From a bacterium (GTDB lineage: Bacteria; Planctomycetota; JAFGQW01), in contig JAUHXU010000006.1 of assembly GCA_030426805.1 (NCBI GenBank), forward strand, positions 199,716-263,715: DNA of 64,000 nucleotides, written 5' to 3'. Positions within the stretch are counted from its first letter, which is position 1. Every line of letters begins with the position of its first letter. Of the stretch, positions 46,929-55,858 are shown piece after piece. The position numbers were made by a program, and so were the translations under genes. The notes below the pieces were generated by a model, which was not told where the DNA came from, made no database searches, and was given only the letters and a program-made list of their open reading frames with translations.

Positions 46929-47959
46929 CTAACGCTCCGCCAGCGCGGTCACGACCCTGGCGACGCCGTGGGCGACCCGGGCGAGTCGCTCGTAGTCGAG
47001 GCGGTCGGGCGTGTCGGTGGCCTTGTGGTAAGTGGGGTCGCGGAAGAGCGCGGTGTCCGTGACCATGATCGCGGGCCACCCCTCGGCCCAAAACGAGCGA
47101 TGGTCCGGCCGCGATGACCGCGGAAGCTCGCCGGTGCGGCGAGTCCCTCGGACGGGAAGCGGGTGTGGTCCCGGAACGAGCCGATCGCGCGGCGGACGAG
47201 TCCGCGCGACGCGACGTTGCCGACGAACGCGATGAAGTCGCCCCGGTCGGGATAGGCGATCGACAGCGGGTAGGGGTAGCGCTGGCTGCCCGGACGATCG
47301 CTGTAGCAGCCCATCGATTCGAGCGAGAGCATCGCCGCGACGTCGATGCCGCGCGCGACGAGTGATCGCGCGTAGTGACGGCTGCCCATTCGTTCGGTGC
47401 CGAAGTAGGGGGGCTCCTCGTTCGCGAATCCGACGAAGTGCACCGACCGCCGGAGGGTCGTGCCGCGCAGGGCTCGCGCGACCTCGAGCAAGGCTGCGGT
47501 GCCCGACGCGTTGTCGTTCGCTCCCGGCGTGCCGGCCCACGAGTCGTAGTGCGCCCCGACGACGACGACCGGGGCGGCCGGTTCCGTCCCGCGCAGGATC
47601 ACCTCGACGTTGTCGAGCGCCATCTCGTTGTCGACGAACGACTGTCGCGTGGCCGAGTAGCCGGCGTCGGCGAAGGCGCGTTCGATCGCGTCACGCGCGA
47701 GGCCGAGCGCCGGACCGGGCCGGGCGCGGGTGCCGATCTCGACGGCGAGCACGTCGACGAGCGCGCGGAGGCGCGTGACGCTCGCGCGCTCCTCCGCGGT
47801 CAGCGGGGGCAGCGGACCGGTGTGCGATCGGCCCGGCATGCGGATCATCACGACGTAGCAGAACGTCATTGCGCCGAGGACGATCCCGACGAGGATCGCC
47901 AGCCGGAGGCGGCCGGCAGGGGAGCGGGGCAAGAGCGGGATGGGCACGCGCATCGGCAA
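46929..47959 (-). pseudogene. M28 family aminopeptidase gene disrupted by a frameshift near 47126-47141
   Basis: The N-terminal 260 aa read in one frame (TM anchor, AHYDSW, GANDNASG, FVGFANEE, ...FPSEG). The conserved C-terminus (LPRSSRPDHRSFWAEGWPAIMVTDTALFRDPTYHKATD...) reads in another frame that ends at 46929. Confidence 0.65.
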
Positions 47960-48166
47960 CGACCCTCTCGGGGGTGCGGTTCGCGTCTTCGACGCGATCG
48001 CGCGGCCGTGCCTTCCGAGATGCGCGAGGGAAATCGAGATCCCGGGGGGCTCGGGCGGCGCCGGGTCGGGCGCGCGCCGGGTCGTCGGAGTGCGTGAGGA
48101 ACTCCCCGGGACGCTCGCGGCGGTCGGGTGCGACCGCCACGGAGATCCTCGTCGAATTCCCCCCGG

Positions 48167-48223
48167 CTATCCATAGTCATTGATCGACGATTGGGTGATA
48201 TTATCCATAGGTATTGACTATGG
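48167..48223 (+). promoter_or_regulatory. LysR-type regulator binding region: direct repeats TATCCATAG[TC/GT]ATTGA and T-N11-A palindrome CCATAGGTATTGACTATGG
   Basis: Low-GC patch. ATAG-N7-CTAT dyad at 48205-48223, ending 10 nt before the lysR-family ATG at 48233. Confidence 0.6.
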
Positions 48224-48232
48224 AGGCCGGCG

Positions 48233-49138
48233 ATGGAGTTCCACCAGCTTCGCTATTTCGTCTCCGCCGCGGAGGCCGGCAGCCTGAGCGGCGCGGCACG
48301 CCAGTGCCACGTGTCGCAGCCTACGCTCAGCCAGCAGGTGCGGAAGCTCGAGCGGCGACTGGGTGTGCGCCTGTTCCTGCGGTCGGGCGGCGGGGTCGGT
48401 CTCACCGAAGGCGGCCGGGCGTTGCTGCCGCGCGCCCGGCGCATCCTCGCCGAAGCGCAGGCGATCGAGCGTCGCCTGCGCGCGGACATCGAGGACGGCG
48501 CCGGCCCGTTCGTCCTCGGCGCGATCCCGACGATGGCCCCGTATCTGGTGCCGGCGTTGCTCGGGGCGCTCGCCGAGCGCTTCCCGCGGTGCGAGCTCGA
48601 GTTTCGCGAGGACCTGACGGACCACCTCCTCGACGCGATCCTCGCCGACGAGGTCGACTGCGCGATCATGAGCACGCCGATCGAGCGGGACGGCGTCGAA
48701 GTGGAAGTGCTCGGCGAGGAGGCGTTCGTCGTCGTCACGCCGGCCGGTGCCGATGCGCCGCTACCCGACGAGGTGACGGTCGCGCAACTCCTCGACGAGC
48801 CGGCCGTGCTGCTTCTCGAGATGCACTGCATGGGGGAGCAGATCGCCGACTTCTGCAATGCGTCGGGGGTCGGTCGGCGAGTCGTCTGTCGGAGCGCCCA
48901 GATCTCGACGCTTCTCGATCTCGTCGGGCTCGGCATCGGGATCTCGATGGTCCCCGAGATGGCCGTGCGCGCCGACGCGAACGCGCGCGGGCGTCGGCGG
49001 TATCACCGGTTCCGCCGGTCGGCGCCCACGCGCGAGATCTCGCTCGTCGTGCGCGCCGGCCGGCGCCGGTCGACCGTCATCGACGAGGTCGCCGCGCGGG
49101 TGCGCGACGTCCTCGCGGGAGGCGATCAGTCGTCGTGA
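48233..49138 (+). CDS. LysR family transcriptional regulator
   Basis: N-terminal HTH (MEFHQLRYFVSAAEAGSLSGAARQCHVSQPTLSQQVRKLE). LysR substrate-binding domain. Confidence 0.9.
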   Translation: MEFHQLRYFVSAAEAGSLSGAARQCHVSQPTLSQQVRKLERRLGVRLFLRSGGGVGLTEGGRALLPRARRILAEAQAIERRLRADIEDGAGPFVLGAIPTMAPYLVPALLGALAERFPRCELEFREDLTDHLLDAILADEVDCAIMSTPIERDGVEVEVLGEEAFVVVTPAGADAPLPDEVTVAQLLDEPAVLLLEMHCMGEQIADFCNASGVGRRVVCRSAQISTLLDLVGLGIGISMVPEMAVRADANARGRRRYHRFRRSAPTREISLVVRAGRRRSTVIDEVAARVRDVLAGGDQSS

Positions 49139-49809
49139 CCGCCGAGCAGGCCGGACGCCATTGCCCAGTAGGCGAGTTGCAGTAGCGACGTGAGGAACGC
49201 GGCGACGTAGGTCAGCCCGGCGGCGGTCAGGACGCGGCGGCTGCCGGTCAGCTCCTGCGGCGTCATGTATCCGCCGCCGTCGAGCGCGAGCATCGCGCGG
49301 CGGCTCGCGTCGAACTCGACCGGCAGCGTCACGAGCGTGAACACGGTCGTCGTCGCGAACGCGGCGACGCCGAGCAGGGCGAGGCCGGTCACCCCCGTCA
49401 CGAGGCCGATCATCAGCAGCACCATCGAAGCGCCGCTGCCGAGGTTCGCGACCGGCACCCACGCGGAGCGGAACTTGAGCGGCGCGTAGCCGTTGGCGTG
49501 CTGGATCGCGTGGCCCACCTCGTGTGCGGCGACGCCGAGCGCCGACATCGAGCGCGCGCCGTAGACCGGTTCGCTCAGGCGCAGCGTCTTCGACGACGGG
49601 TCGTAGTGGTCGGTCAGTGCGCCGGCCACCGGTTCGACGGTCACGTCGTGGATGCCGTTGTCCGCGAGGATGCGGCGCGCGACGTCGGCGCCGGTCATGC
49701 CCGAGTGGGTCCCCTGGCTCGCGTACTTGTGAAACGTGGAGCGGGTGTAGAGCATCGCCGCGCCGCTCATCAGCGCGCCGAGGCCGAGGCATAGCCAGTA
49801 TAGAAGCAT
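49126..49809 (-). CDS. Zinc metallopeptidase (PF04298-like membrane metalloprotease)
   Basis: Start ATG 49809 with a GGGGAGA RBS. Motif HEVGHAIQH. Flanking TM helices. Confidence 0.75.
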   Translation of the reverse strand: MLLYWLCLGLGALMSGAAMLYTRSTFHKYASQGTHSGMTGADVARRILADNGIHDVTVEPVAGALTDHYDPSSKTLRLSEPVYGARSMSALGVAAHEVGHAIQHANGYAPLKFRSAWVPVANLGSGASMVLLMIGLVTGVTGLALLGVAAFATTTVFTLVTLPVEFDASRRAMLALDGGGYMTPQELTGSRRVLTAAGLTYVAAFLTSLLQLAYWAMASGLLGGHDD

Positions 49810-49840
49810 CGTTGATTCTCCCCTTCGATCGGTGTTCGTC

Positions 49841-50134
49841 TCAGTCGGCGCGCGGGCTCTCGCCGAGCACCAGCGCGAGCACGTCGCCGACGGTGCAGTG
49901 CGAGGCGACCGGGCGCCGGAGCGCTGCGTTCGTGTCGACGCGGTATTGGTTGCGCCGGCCTTCCCGGATTCGCGCGAGCACCGCCTCTTCCTCGAGTTGC
50001 GCGACGATCTTGTGGACCGCGCGCTCGGTGATACCGACCTCGGCGGCGATGTCCCGGACGCGGGTTCGGGGGTCACGGGCGAGGCAGATCAGCACGTGGG
50101 CGTGGTTGCTCAGGAACGTCCAGCCTCCGGCCAT
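49841..50134 (-). CDS. Winged helix-turn-helix transcriptional regulator (MarR/ArsR-like)
   Basis: HTH pattern ARDPRTRVRDIAAEVGITERAVHKIVAQLEEEAVLARIREGRRNQYRV. Confidence 0.7.
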   Translation of the reverse strand: MAGGWTFLSNHAHVLICLARDPRTRVRDIAAEVGITERAVHKIVAQLEEEAVLARIREGRRNQYRVDTNAALRRPVASHCTVGDVLALVLGESPRAD

Positions 50135-50162
50135 CCGGCACCTCCATTCACGGAACAGTAGT

Positions 50163-50612
50163 TCATGAATCAGGAGTCCGGAAAGGAGTTTCCTGGCTCC
50201 GGTCGCTCGCCCGCCGGAAGCGGAGGATCACGATCGAGCCGGTGACCGCGCCGATCGCGATCAGCGCGCCGGTCCAGGGGCGCAGCCCGCCGACCCACCA
50301 CAGGACGCCGGCGCTGAGCGCCACGCAGGCCCAGACCGCGCCGAGGATCGTCAGGCGCATGCGCGGCGTGATCGGCGTGTCGCGATCCAGGTAGCGCACG
50401 TAGGGGGCGAACAGCCGCGTCCGAACGAGGCGCTGCTCCAGCCGAGGAAAGCTCCGCGCGAAGCAGCCGCAGGCGACGAGCAGGAACGGCGTCGTCGGCA
50501 GGCCCGGGAGCGCGACGCCGACCGCGCCGAGGCCGACGAGCAGGACCCCGAGCGCGGCGAGGAACCAGCGGGCCGGGGGGGCCGCCGCGGGGCGAGATGC
50601 GGGCTTGGCCAT
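50163..50612 (-). CDS. DUF454/YbaN family inner-membrane protein
   Basis: Motif LGAVGVALPGLPTTPFLLVACGCFARSFPRLEQRL, characteristic of YbaN. Confidence 0.75.
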   Translation of the reverse strand: MAKPASRPAAAPPARWFLAALGVLLVGLGAVGVALPGLPTTPFLLVACGCFARSFPRLEQRLVRTRLFAPYVRYLDRDTPITPRMRLTILGAVWACVALSAGVLWWVGGLRPWTGALIAIGAVTGSIVILRFRRASDRSQETPFRTPDS

Positions 50613-50752
50613 CGGAGAATCCTGCCGCCGATCGTCCGGCGATGGGGAATGATGATGCGTCGCGGGCCGCGTGTCTATCGGCGGCCGCGCCCGTTTCGTA
50701 TCGTCGGGGTGTCGTGTGGCCCCGCTTCTCGTTAGGTCTCCGGAGGTGCCCG

Positions 50753-51316
50753 TTGGAATTCCTGACCGAGCTTTGGCTTCCGATCGTCCTGTCCGCCGTG
50801 TTCGTGTTCTTCGTCAGTTCGATCCTGCACATGGTGATCCCGCACCACAAGAGCGACTACCGAGGCCTCCCGGACGAGGAGAAGGTCCTCGACGCGATGC
50901 GCGCCCAGAACGTCGGTCGCGGCGAGTACATGTTCCCGTTCCCGTCGTCGATGAAGGAACTCGGCAACCCCGAGATGATCGCGAAGTTCGAGCGGGGCCC
51001 CGTCGGCTACCTCACGGTGATCCCGAGCGGACCGCCGGCGATGGGCAAGAGCCTCGTGCAGTGGTTCGTCTACACGCTCGTCGTCAGCGCGTTCGTCGCC
51101 TACATCGCGGACCTCGCGATGGGGCCGACACAGGAATACCTCCGCGTGTTCCGCGTCACCGGCGCGATCGCCGTCCTCGTCTACGGGATCGCGTGCGTGA
51201 ACGACTCGATCTGGAAGGGCAAGCCGTGGAGCACGACCGCGAAGTTCGTGTTCGACGGCGTGATCTACGGACTCGTCACGGCCGGCACGTTCGGCTGGCT
51301 CTGGCCGACCGCCTGA
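50753..51316 (+). CDS. Hypothetical membrane protein
   Basis: TTG at 50753 with a GGAGG RBS 7 nt upstream. Two TM helices (LWLPIVLSAVFVFFVSSIL; LVQWFVYTLVVSAFVAYIA). Coding-like codon periodicity. The start is uncertain. Confidence 0.45.
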   Translation: MEFLTELWLPIVLSAVFVFFVSSILHMVIPHHKSDYRGLPDEEKVLDAMRAQNVGRGEYMFPFPSSMKELGNPEMIAKFERGPVGYLTVIPSGPPAMGKSLVQWFVYTLVVSAFVAYIADLAMGPTQEYLRVFRVTGAIAVLVYGIACVNDSIWKGKPWSTTAKFVFDGVIYGLVTAGTFGWLWPTA

Positions 51317-51326
51317 TTCCGTCGCA

Positions 51327-52082
51327 TTGCCGGCCGATGTCCTGACCCACGCGTTCGTCGCGGGCCTGATCGCGAGCGTCGCGTGCGGCCTCGGTGCGCT
51401 GCCACTCGCGTGGCGTGCCGTCGATCCGTCGCGGCGGGCCGGCGTCGCATACGCGGCGGCCGGTGGGCTGATGGTCGCCGCGTCGGTCTACAACCTGTTG
51501 TTGCCGGCGCTCGACCCGGACTTCGCCGGCGCGGTGCAGTGGCCGCCGCTCGTCCACGTCGTCGGCGGGCTGCTGCTCGGCGCCCTCGCGCTCGCGGGGG
51601 TCGACGCGTGGCACCGCCGCGCCACGCGCGGGAGCGACCGTCGCGGGGCACTCGTGTTCTTCGCGATGACCGCGCACAGCGTGCCCGAAGGCGTGGCGGT
51701 CGGTGTCGCCTACGCGACCGGCGCCCACCTCGGCACGGACCTCGGCTTCGCGGTCGCGCTCGCGATCGCGATCCACAACATCCCCGAAGGGCTCGCGGTC
51801 GCGATCCCGCTGCGGGCCGGCGGCGCGTCGATCGCGCGCTGCTTCGTCGCCGCGTTCCTGACGAGCTTGCCGCAACCGCTCGCGGCGTTGCCGGCCGCGG
51901 CGGCGGCGTGGTTCTTCCAGCCCCTGATGCCGTCGCTCCTCGGGTTCGCCGCGGGCGCGATGCTCTTCCTCGTCGTCTACGAGTTGTTGCCGGACGCGCT
52001 CGAACAGGAGTCCCGGCGCGGGGTCGCGTGGGCGTTCACGATCGGCCTCGCGGCGATGCTCCTGATCCAGATCTGGCTGTAG
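51327..52082 (+). CDS. ZIP family metal (zinc) transporter, ZupT-like
   Basis: HNIPEGLAVAIPL and HSVPEGVAVG motifs. About 8 TM helices. Confidence 0.8.
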   Translation: MPADVLTHAFVAGLIASVACGLGALPLAWRAVDPSRRAGVAYAAAGGLMVAASVYNLLLPALDPDFAGAVQWPPLVHVVGGLLLGALALAGVDAWHRRATRGSDRRGALVFFAMTAHSVPEGVAVGVAYATGAHLGTDLGFAVALAIAIHNIPEGLAVAIPLRAGGASIARCFVAAFLTSLPQPLAALPAAAAAWFFQPLMPSLLGFAAGAMLFLVVYELLPDALEQESRRGVAWAFTIGLAAMLLIQIWL

Positions 52083-52170
52083 CGCGCCGGCCTCGGGGAA
52101 TCGCCGACTTTCCGTTTGACGGCGCCGCGCGGCGTGCTTCTAGTGTGGCGACCCTAAAACGGAGTTCGGT

Positions 52171-53622
52171 GTGATGAAACGGCTTTGCCTCTCGATCGCG
52201 ATCGTGTGGATCGCGTCCGCCAGCGTTCCGGCGCAGAAGCGCTTCGTCGACGAGACGTTCGGCTACACGGTCAAGACGATGAAGAAGTGGGCCGCGGTGC
52301 CGGTCGAGCCCACGGACGCGAGCCTGATCGCGGCGCGCTGGTCGTCGGACCGGCGGGATCGCCACGGGTGGGGCGAGATGATCGTGCGCTTCTTCCGCCG
52401 CGGCGCGACCGGCGGCCTCACGACGGAGTCGCCGACCGAGGAGAAGGGCGACAAGCCGACGCCCGAGACGCTGGAGGAACTCTTCCGCCGTCTGATGGCG
52501 CGATCGCGATACACGTCGTACGCCGAGTGGTGCGGTGACCGGAGACCCCTCGGCAAGCCGACGCGCTTCAAGGGGAAGGCGCCGAGCGGCGTCGACGTCA
52601 CCGCGAACTTCTACGAGATCGAGACGAAGCACCACTTCGTGATCGTCGGGGTCTACACGACCGAGCACCTCGAACTCGCGGTCGAACTCACGTGCGCGCT
52701 GGAGGGCAAGCGCAAGTACCGCTCGGCGTTCAAGTCGGTCGCGAAGTCGCTCGTGTTGACGCGCGCGCCGCAGTCGCGCGCGGCCGCCGAAGCCGCCGCG
52801 GACGCCAAGCGCGGCAAGAGCGCCCGCGAGCGCGCGCTCGCGAAGGTGCGCGAGGACGCGGCCCGCGTGAAGGGGTGGTGGTTCCTCGAGAGCGCGCACT
52901 ACGTGATCGTCACGAACTACCCCAAGCGCAAGAAGTCGCGGATCCTCGACCTGCAGCGCCGCCTCGAGGCGATCCGCAAGCACTTCATCACGGACCTCCC
53001 GCCGGTGCGCGAGATCGAGGAGATCTCGATCGTGCGCGTGTGCAAGGACCGCAAGAGCTACTTGCAATACGGCGCGCCGCCGGCGAGCGCGGGCTACTGG
53101 TACGCGGCCGCCGAGGAACTCGTGATCTACATGGAGGGCGAGAAGGACTTCACGCGCGCCGTCCTGAACCACGAAGCGTTCCACCAGTACGTCCACTACG
53201 CGGCGCGCGTGCGACCGCATACGTGGTACAACGAGGGCAACGCCGACTACTACGGCGGCTGCGAGGTGCAGGGGTCGCGGCTCGTGTCCGAGAAGAACCG
53301 GATGCGACTCGATACGATTCGCGGGGCCATCCGGGCGGGCACGCACGTGCCGCTCAAGGAGATCCTGACGCTGTCGCACTCGGGCTACATGGCGCGTGCG
53401 ACCCTCTGCTACGCGCAGGGCTGGAGCCTCGTCTACTTCCTGCGTGAGGGCGTGCCGTCGTCGCACCCGTGGGCGAAGATCATCCCGACCTACTACCGCG
53501 TGCTGTGCGAGAAGAAGAAGGCGTCGGTGGCGCTGCGGGCCGCGTTCACGCAGGTCGACCTCGAGGACTTCGAGAAGGCGTGGGCGCGCTTCATCACGCG
53601 CGGCGACCCGGTGCGATCGTGA
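52171..53622 (+). CDS. DUF1570-like secreted protein with HExxH motif (putative metallopeptidase)
   Basis: Signal peptide (LCLSIAIVWIASASVPAQ). NHEAFHQYVHY motif. Paralogous to 15599..17032 (shared ...YYGG..., GWSLVYFL-like C-terminal segments). Confidence 0.7.
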   Translation: MMKRLCLSIAIVWIASASVPAQKRFVDETFGYTVKTMKKWAAVPVEPTDASLIAARWSSDRRDRHGWGEMIVRFFRRGATGGLTTESPTEEKGDKPTPETLEELFRRLMARSRYTSYAEWCGDRRPLGKPTRFKGKAPSGVDVTANFYEIETKHHFVIVGVYTTEHLELAVELTCALEGKRKYRSAFKSVAKSLVLTRAPQSRAAAEAAADAKRGKSARERALAKVREDAARVKGWWFLESAHYVIVTNYPKRKKSRILDLQRRLEAIRKHFITDLPPVREIEEISIVRVCKDRKSYLQYGAPPASAGYWYAAAEELVIYMEGEKDFTRAVLNHEAFHQYVHYAARVRPHTWYNEGNADYYGGCEVQGSRLVSEKNRMRLDTIRGAIRAGTHVPLKEILTLSHSGYMARATLCYAQGWSLVYFLREGVPSSHPWAKIIPTYYRVLCEKKKASVALRAAFTQVDLEDFEKAWARFITRGDPVRS

Positions 53623-54539
53623 AGCGGCGCGGAGCCCGACTCGCGGCACTCGTGGCCGCGGCGGTGATGCTCGGCGGCTGCCTGACCCGGGAGGTGTGGG
53701 ACGGTCACCGACCGCACGTGCGGGCCGTCAGCGAGCACACGGCGTCGTATCCGGTGCGCGACGCACGGGTCGCATCCGACGGCACCGTCGCGGTCGCGTT
53801 CAACGCAGACGACAAGGCTCGCCCCGACGCCGCGCTGCGCCCGGCGTGTTTCCGGCTCGAGCCGCCCGGCGGCGCGTCGATGATCGTGCCGCTGCTCGAC
53901 CGTCTCCGTCCGGGCACGACCGCGGACGACGACCTCGAGTGGTGCGCGACGTTGCAGAGCCGCGATCGCAACGGCGACCGTCGTTCACGGGCGTGGTTCG
54001 CCGACGTCACCGTGCGTGCGTGGGAGCCGATCGTGATCGGCCCCGTCGCGCCGGCCGCCTCGCCCGACGCCGTCGGGAAGGCGGGGCGGCTCGTCGATGC
54101 ACTGCGCGCGGCGGGAATCGTCTGGGCGCCGGTCGGGTGGCGTGACCGAGAGGGGCGCATCCTCCCGGTGTGCGATCCGCTGGTCGCGCGTGGCGTACGA
54201 CTCGTCGGGCGCCTCGACGACGGCGGCATCGTCGCGTTCCCCGCCTACTTCGCGGTCGCGCCGGAACGCGTCGTGTGGGCGCACGACGACAACCGGATCG
54301 CGTGGTCGATCACGGAGCGGTGGCTCGCCCGCCGGGACGCCCCGAACCAGGCGGGCAGCACGCCCCTCGTGCTGCCCAAGGACGCCACGCTGGACCACGT
54401 GCACGTCGACGTGCGCAAGCGCCGGACGACGTGGCAGACCCTCGGTCGAATCGCGCTGACGCCGTTCGCCGCGACGATCGACGCGGCCGGGATCCTCGCG
54501 ATCGCCTGGCTCGAGTCCGAACTCGACGACGACTGCTGA
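53619..54539 (+). CDS. Hypothetical lipoprotein
   Basis: GTG at 53619 overlaps the upstream stop (GTGA). Signal with Cys (AAVMLGGCLTRE). No recognised domain. Confidence 0.5.
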   Translation: MKRRGARLAALVAAAVMLGGCLTREVWDGHRPHVRAVSEHTASYPVRDARVASDGTVAVAFNADDKARPDAALRPACFRLEPPGGASMIVPLLDRLRPGTTADDDLEWCATLQSRDRNGDRRSRAWFADVTVRAWEPIVIGPVAPAASPDAVGKAGRLVDALRAAGIVWAPVGWRDREGRILPVCDPLVARGVRLVGRLDDGGIVAFPAYFAVAPERVVWAHDDNRIAWSITERWLARRDAPNQAGSTPLVLPKDATLDHVHVDVRKRRTTWQTLGRIALTPFAATIDAAGILAIAWLESELDDDC

Positions 54540-54651
54540 GCCCGCCTTTTTTTCGACACCTGCTGCCGGTGTCGCCCTCCAGGGGGTGAGGACGCAACAG
54601 GCGCCCTCGCCAAACGAGACACGAAGCCCCCGTCACCCTGGAGGAAATCCG

Positions 54652-55842
54652 ATGAAGCGCCTCACCCTCACCCTGCTCGCCGCCTCGCTTCTCGCCGGCG
54701 CCCTCGGCGCCCAACCGCAGTCCGGCGACTACATCGTCGCGACGCACACGAACACCGGCCGCATCCTGCGGGTCACGACCGGCGGGTCGATCCAGACGCT
54801 CGCGTCGATGCCGGTCGGCACGAACATCCAGGCGGTCACGATGGACGCGTTCAACCAGAGCGTCGCCGCGGTGACCGAGTCGTCCACCCTCGATCACTTC
54901 GTGCTGATGACGCAGAGCGGAAGCACGTCGACGATCGTCCAGTTCCCGGGCAACCGGGTCACGTCCGGCATCGAAATCGATCAGGACGGCAACTTCGTCG
55001 TGTCGCGGTTCGACACGATCTTCAAGGTCAACGTGCCGCAGCGCACGTTGACGACCGTCGTCAGCGGGCTGCCCACCGTCGTCAACGCGATCACGATGGA
55101 CAACGACACCGGCGACTACATCGTCGGGACGACCGCCGGCCGACTGCTGCGCGTGGACCAGATCACCGGGCAAGTGTCGACGATCGGCACGGGGCTCGGC
55201 TCGATCACCGGGCTCGATCACGACCCGCGCACCGGCAACTTCGCGGTGATGGTCGTCGGCGTGCTGAAGATCGTCAACCGCTCCGGCGGCGTCGTCTCGT
55301 CGGTCGCGACGACGACCGGCCAGGCCGTCAAGATCGACGACGAGTTCGGCCACTACCACTGCGCCGGCTTCCAGGCGATCGAGGTCTTCGACCGCAACCT
55401 CTCGCGGATCGACTCGACCGCGTTCCCGACGTCGCTCAACCTCGGCGGGATCGAGATCTACGGCTCGCGCAAGGTCAGCGGTGTCGGCACCGGTCAGCGC
55501 GGCAGCATCTACACGCTGCGACTGAAGTTCCTCCGCACGACGAGCGGCAGCTTCGGGTGCGGCATCAGCCTCGTCGGTCTGCGCCCGGGTCTCCGCCTCG
55601 CCGGCCGCGTGATCAACATCGCGCCGGATCCGCTGTTCTTCCTGTCGGCGTCGAACCAGCTCGACGGGTTCTTCACGCAGAACTTCGTCGGCCTGCTGAC
55701 CGCGGGTCGCGCCGCCGCGAGCTTCACGATCCCGCCGTATCTCCCGGTCGGATCGACCGTCTACGCGGCTGCCAACGCGGTCAACCCGAGCCTGCCGGGC
55801 AACCTCGACTTCGGCAACACGATCGTCGTCTCGGTGCGCTGA
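54652..55842 (+). CDS. Secreted beta-propeller-like protein with shared C-terminal module (family B copy 2)
   Basis: RBS GGAGGA precedes the ATG at 54652. Signal peptide (LTLTLLAASLLAGALGAQ). Paralog of 42185..43405 over its whole length, including the C-terminal module (INIAPDPLFFLSASNQ...AAASFTIPPYLPVGSTVYAAANAV). Confidence 0.7.
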   Translation: MKRLTLTLLAASLLAGALGAQPQSGDYIVATHTNTGRILRVTTGGSIQTLASMPVGTNIQAVTMDAFNQSVAAVTESSTLDHFVLMTQSGSTSTIVQFPGNRVTSGIEIDQDGNFVVSRFDTIFKVNVPQRTLTTVVSGLPTVVNAITMDNDTGDYIVGTTAGRLLRVDQITGQVSTIGTGLGSITGLDHDPRTGNFAVMVVGVLKIVNRSGGVVSSVATTTGQAVKIDDEFGHYHCAGFQAIEVFDRNLSRIDSTAFPTSLNLGGIEIYGSRKVSGVGTGQRGSIYTLRLKFLRTTSGSFGCGISLVGLRPGLRLAGRVINIAPDPLFFLSASNQLDGFFTQNFVGLLTAGRAAASFTIPPYLPVGSTVYAAANAVNPSLPGNLDFGNTIVVSVR

Positions 55843-55858
55843 GCGCGCGCCGACCGCC

